Shown here in pieces: positions 63,730 to 64,000 of a stretch of 64,000 nt of DNA. Source of the stretch: an uncultured delta proteobacterium (GTDB lineage Bacteria > Myxococcota_A > Polyangia > Polyangiales > Polyangiaceae); NCBI GenBank assembly GCA_963806225.1, contig CAWDXG010000004.1, forward strand, positions 64,001 to 128,000, written 5' to 3'. Each line of letters opens with the position of its first letter. Within the stretch, counting starts at the first letter, position 1. Position numbers and translations under genes: made by a program. The notes under the pieces were generated by a model. The model was given only the letters and a program-made list of their open reading frames with translations, was not told where the DNA came from and did not search any database.

Positions 63730-64000
63730 GGCCCGCGAAGCTACATCACCGGGACGGATTGTCGAATTCGCGCGGGCTCTTCCGCCGGCCGGGGAGGAAG
63801 GACGGCACCTACATCGGCGTACCAGGGGACAACAGCGCGGGCCGGGTGCCCGCCGCGAGGGGCCCCGTGAATCGACCGAATCCGCCTTCATCCTCCCGGA
63901 AGCCGCAAAGCTCGTCGCCCTACTCCAGGCCGCGACCTACCAGCCATGCACCGGCCGAGGACGCAGCTCGCCCGGGCAGCGCGCGGAAGACGGAGCCGCC

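Noticed and set aside
63867..64000. Possible 5' end of a plus-strand gene (GTG AAT CGA CCG...)
   Set aside because: Only about 44 low-complexity codons are visible before the edge, with no recognisable motif.

Overview
GC-rich chromosomal window from a bacterium that is most likely a myxobacterium (Polyangiales/Sorangiineae-like). This is inferred from the Cys-rich lipoproteins, Ser/Thr kinase + TPR/PEGA pairs, FGE-domain paralogs and a sigma54 two-component system. Many conserved genes are split by single-base indels (tkt, ruvX, argC, zwf, cysK, uvrD-like and others). I read these as uncorrected long-read errors and reconstructed the genes across frames, so several boundaries are approximate. 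Housekeeping content includes tkt, mltG, ruvX, hisS, argC, zwf, gnd, pcm, TPS/TPP with a GH15 enzyme, an L,D-transpeptidase, VanW, thiS, miaB, an acyl-CoA ligase and a UvrD-type helicase. The most notable items are: (1) a CymR-cysK-E1-Ubl-miniE1-cysM-JAMM sulfur-carrier operon in which the catalytic ThiF/MoeB enzyme lacks its N-terminal RYxRQ arginine-finger segment while a small separate gene carries it, suggesting a heterodimeric E1 like the eukaryotic NEDD8/SUMO E1s; (2) a leader-peptide/antiterminator/terminator attenuator before a MATE exporter; (3) the 5' end of a class IIC group II intron right behind an intrinsic terminator at the left edge; (4) a sigma54 promoter driving an orphan TolC opposite a His/Met-rich sensor system; (5) a GluR0-like channel; (6) several uncharacterised repeat proteins.
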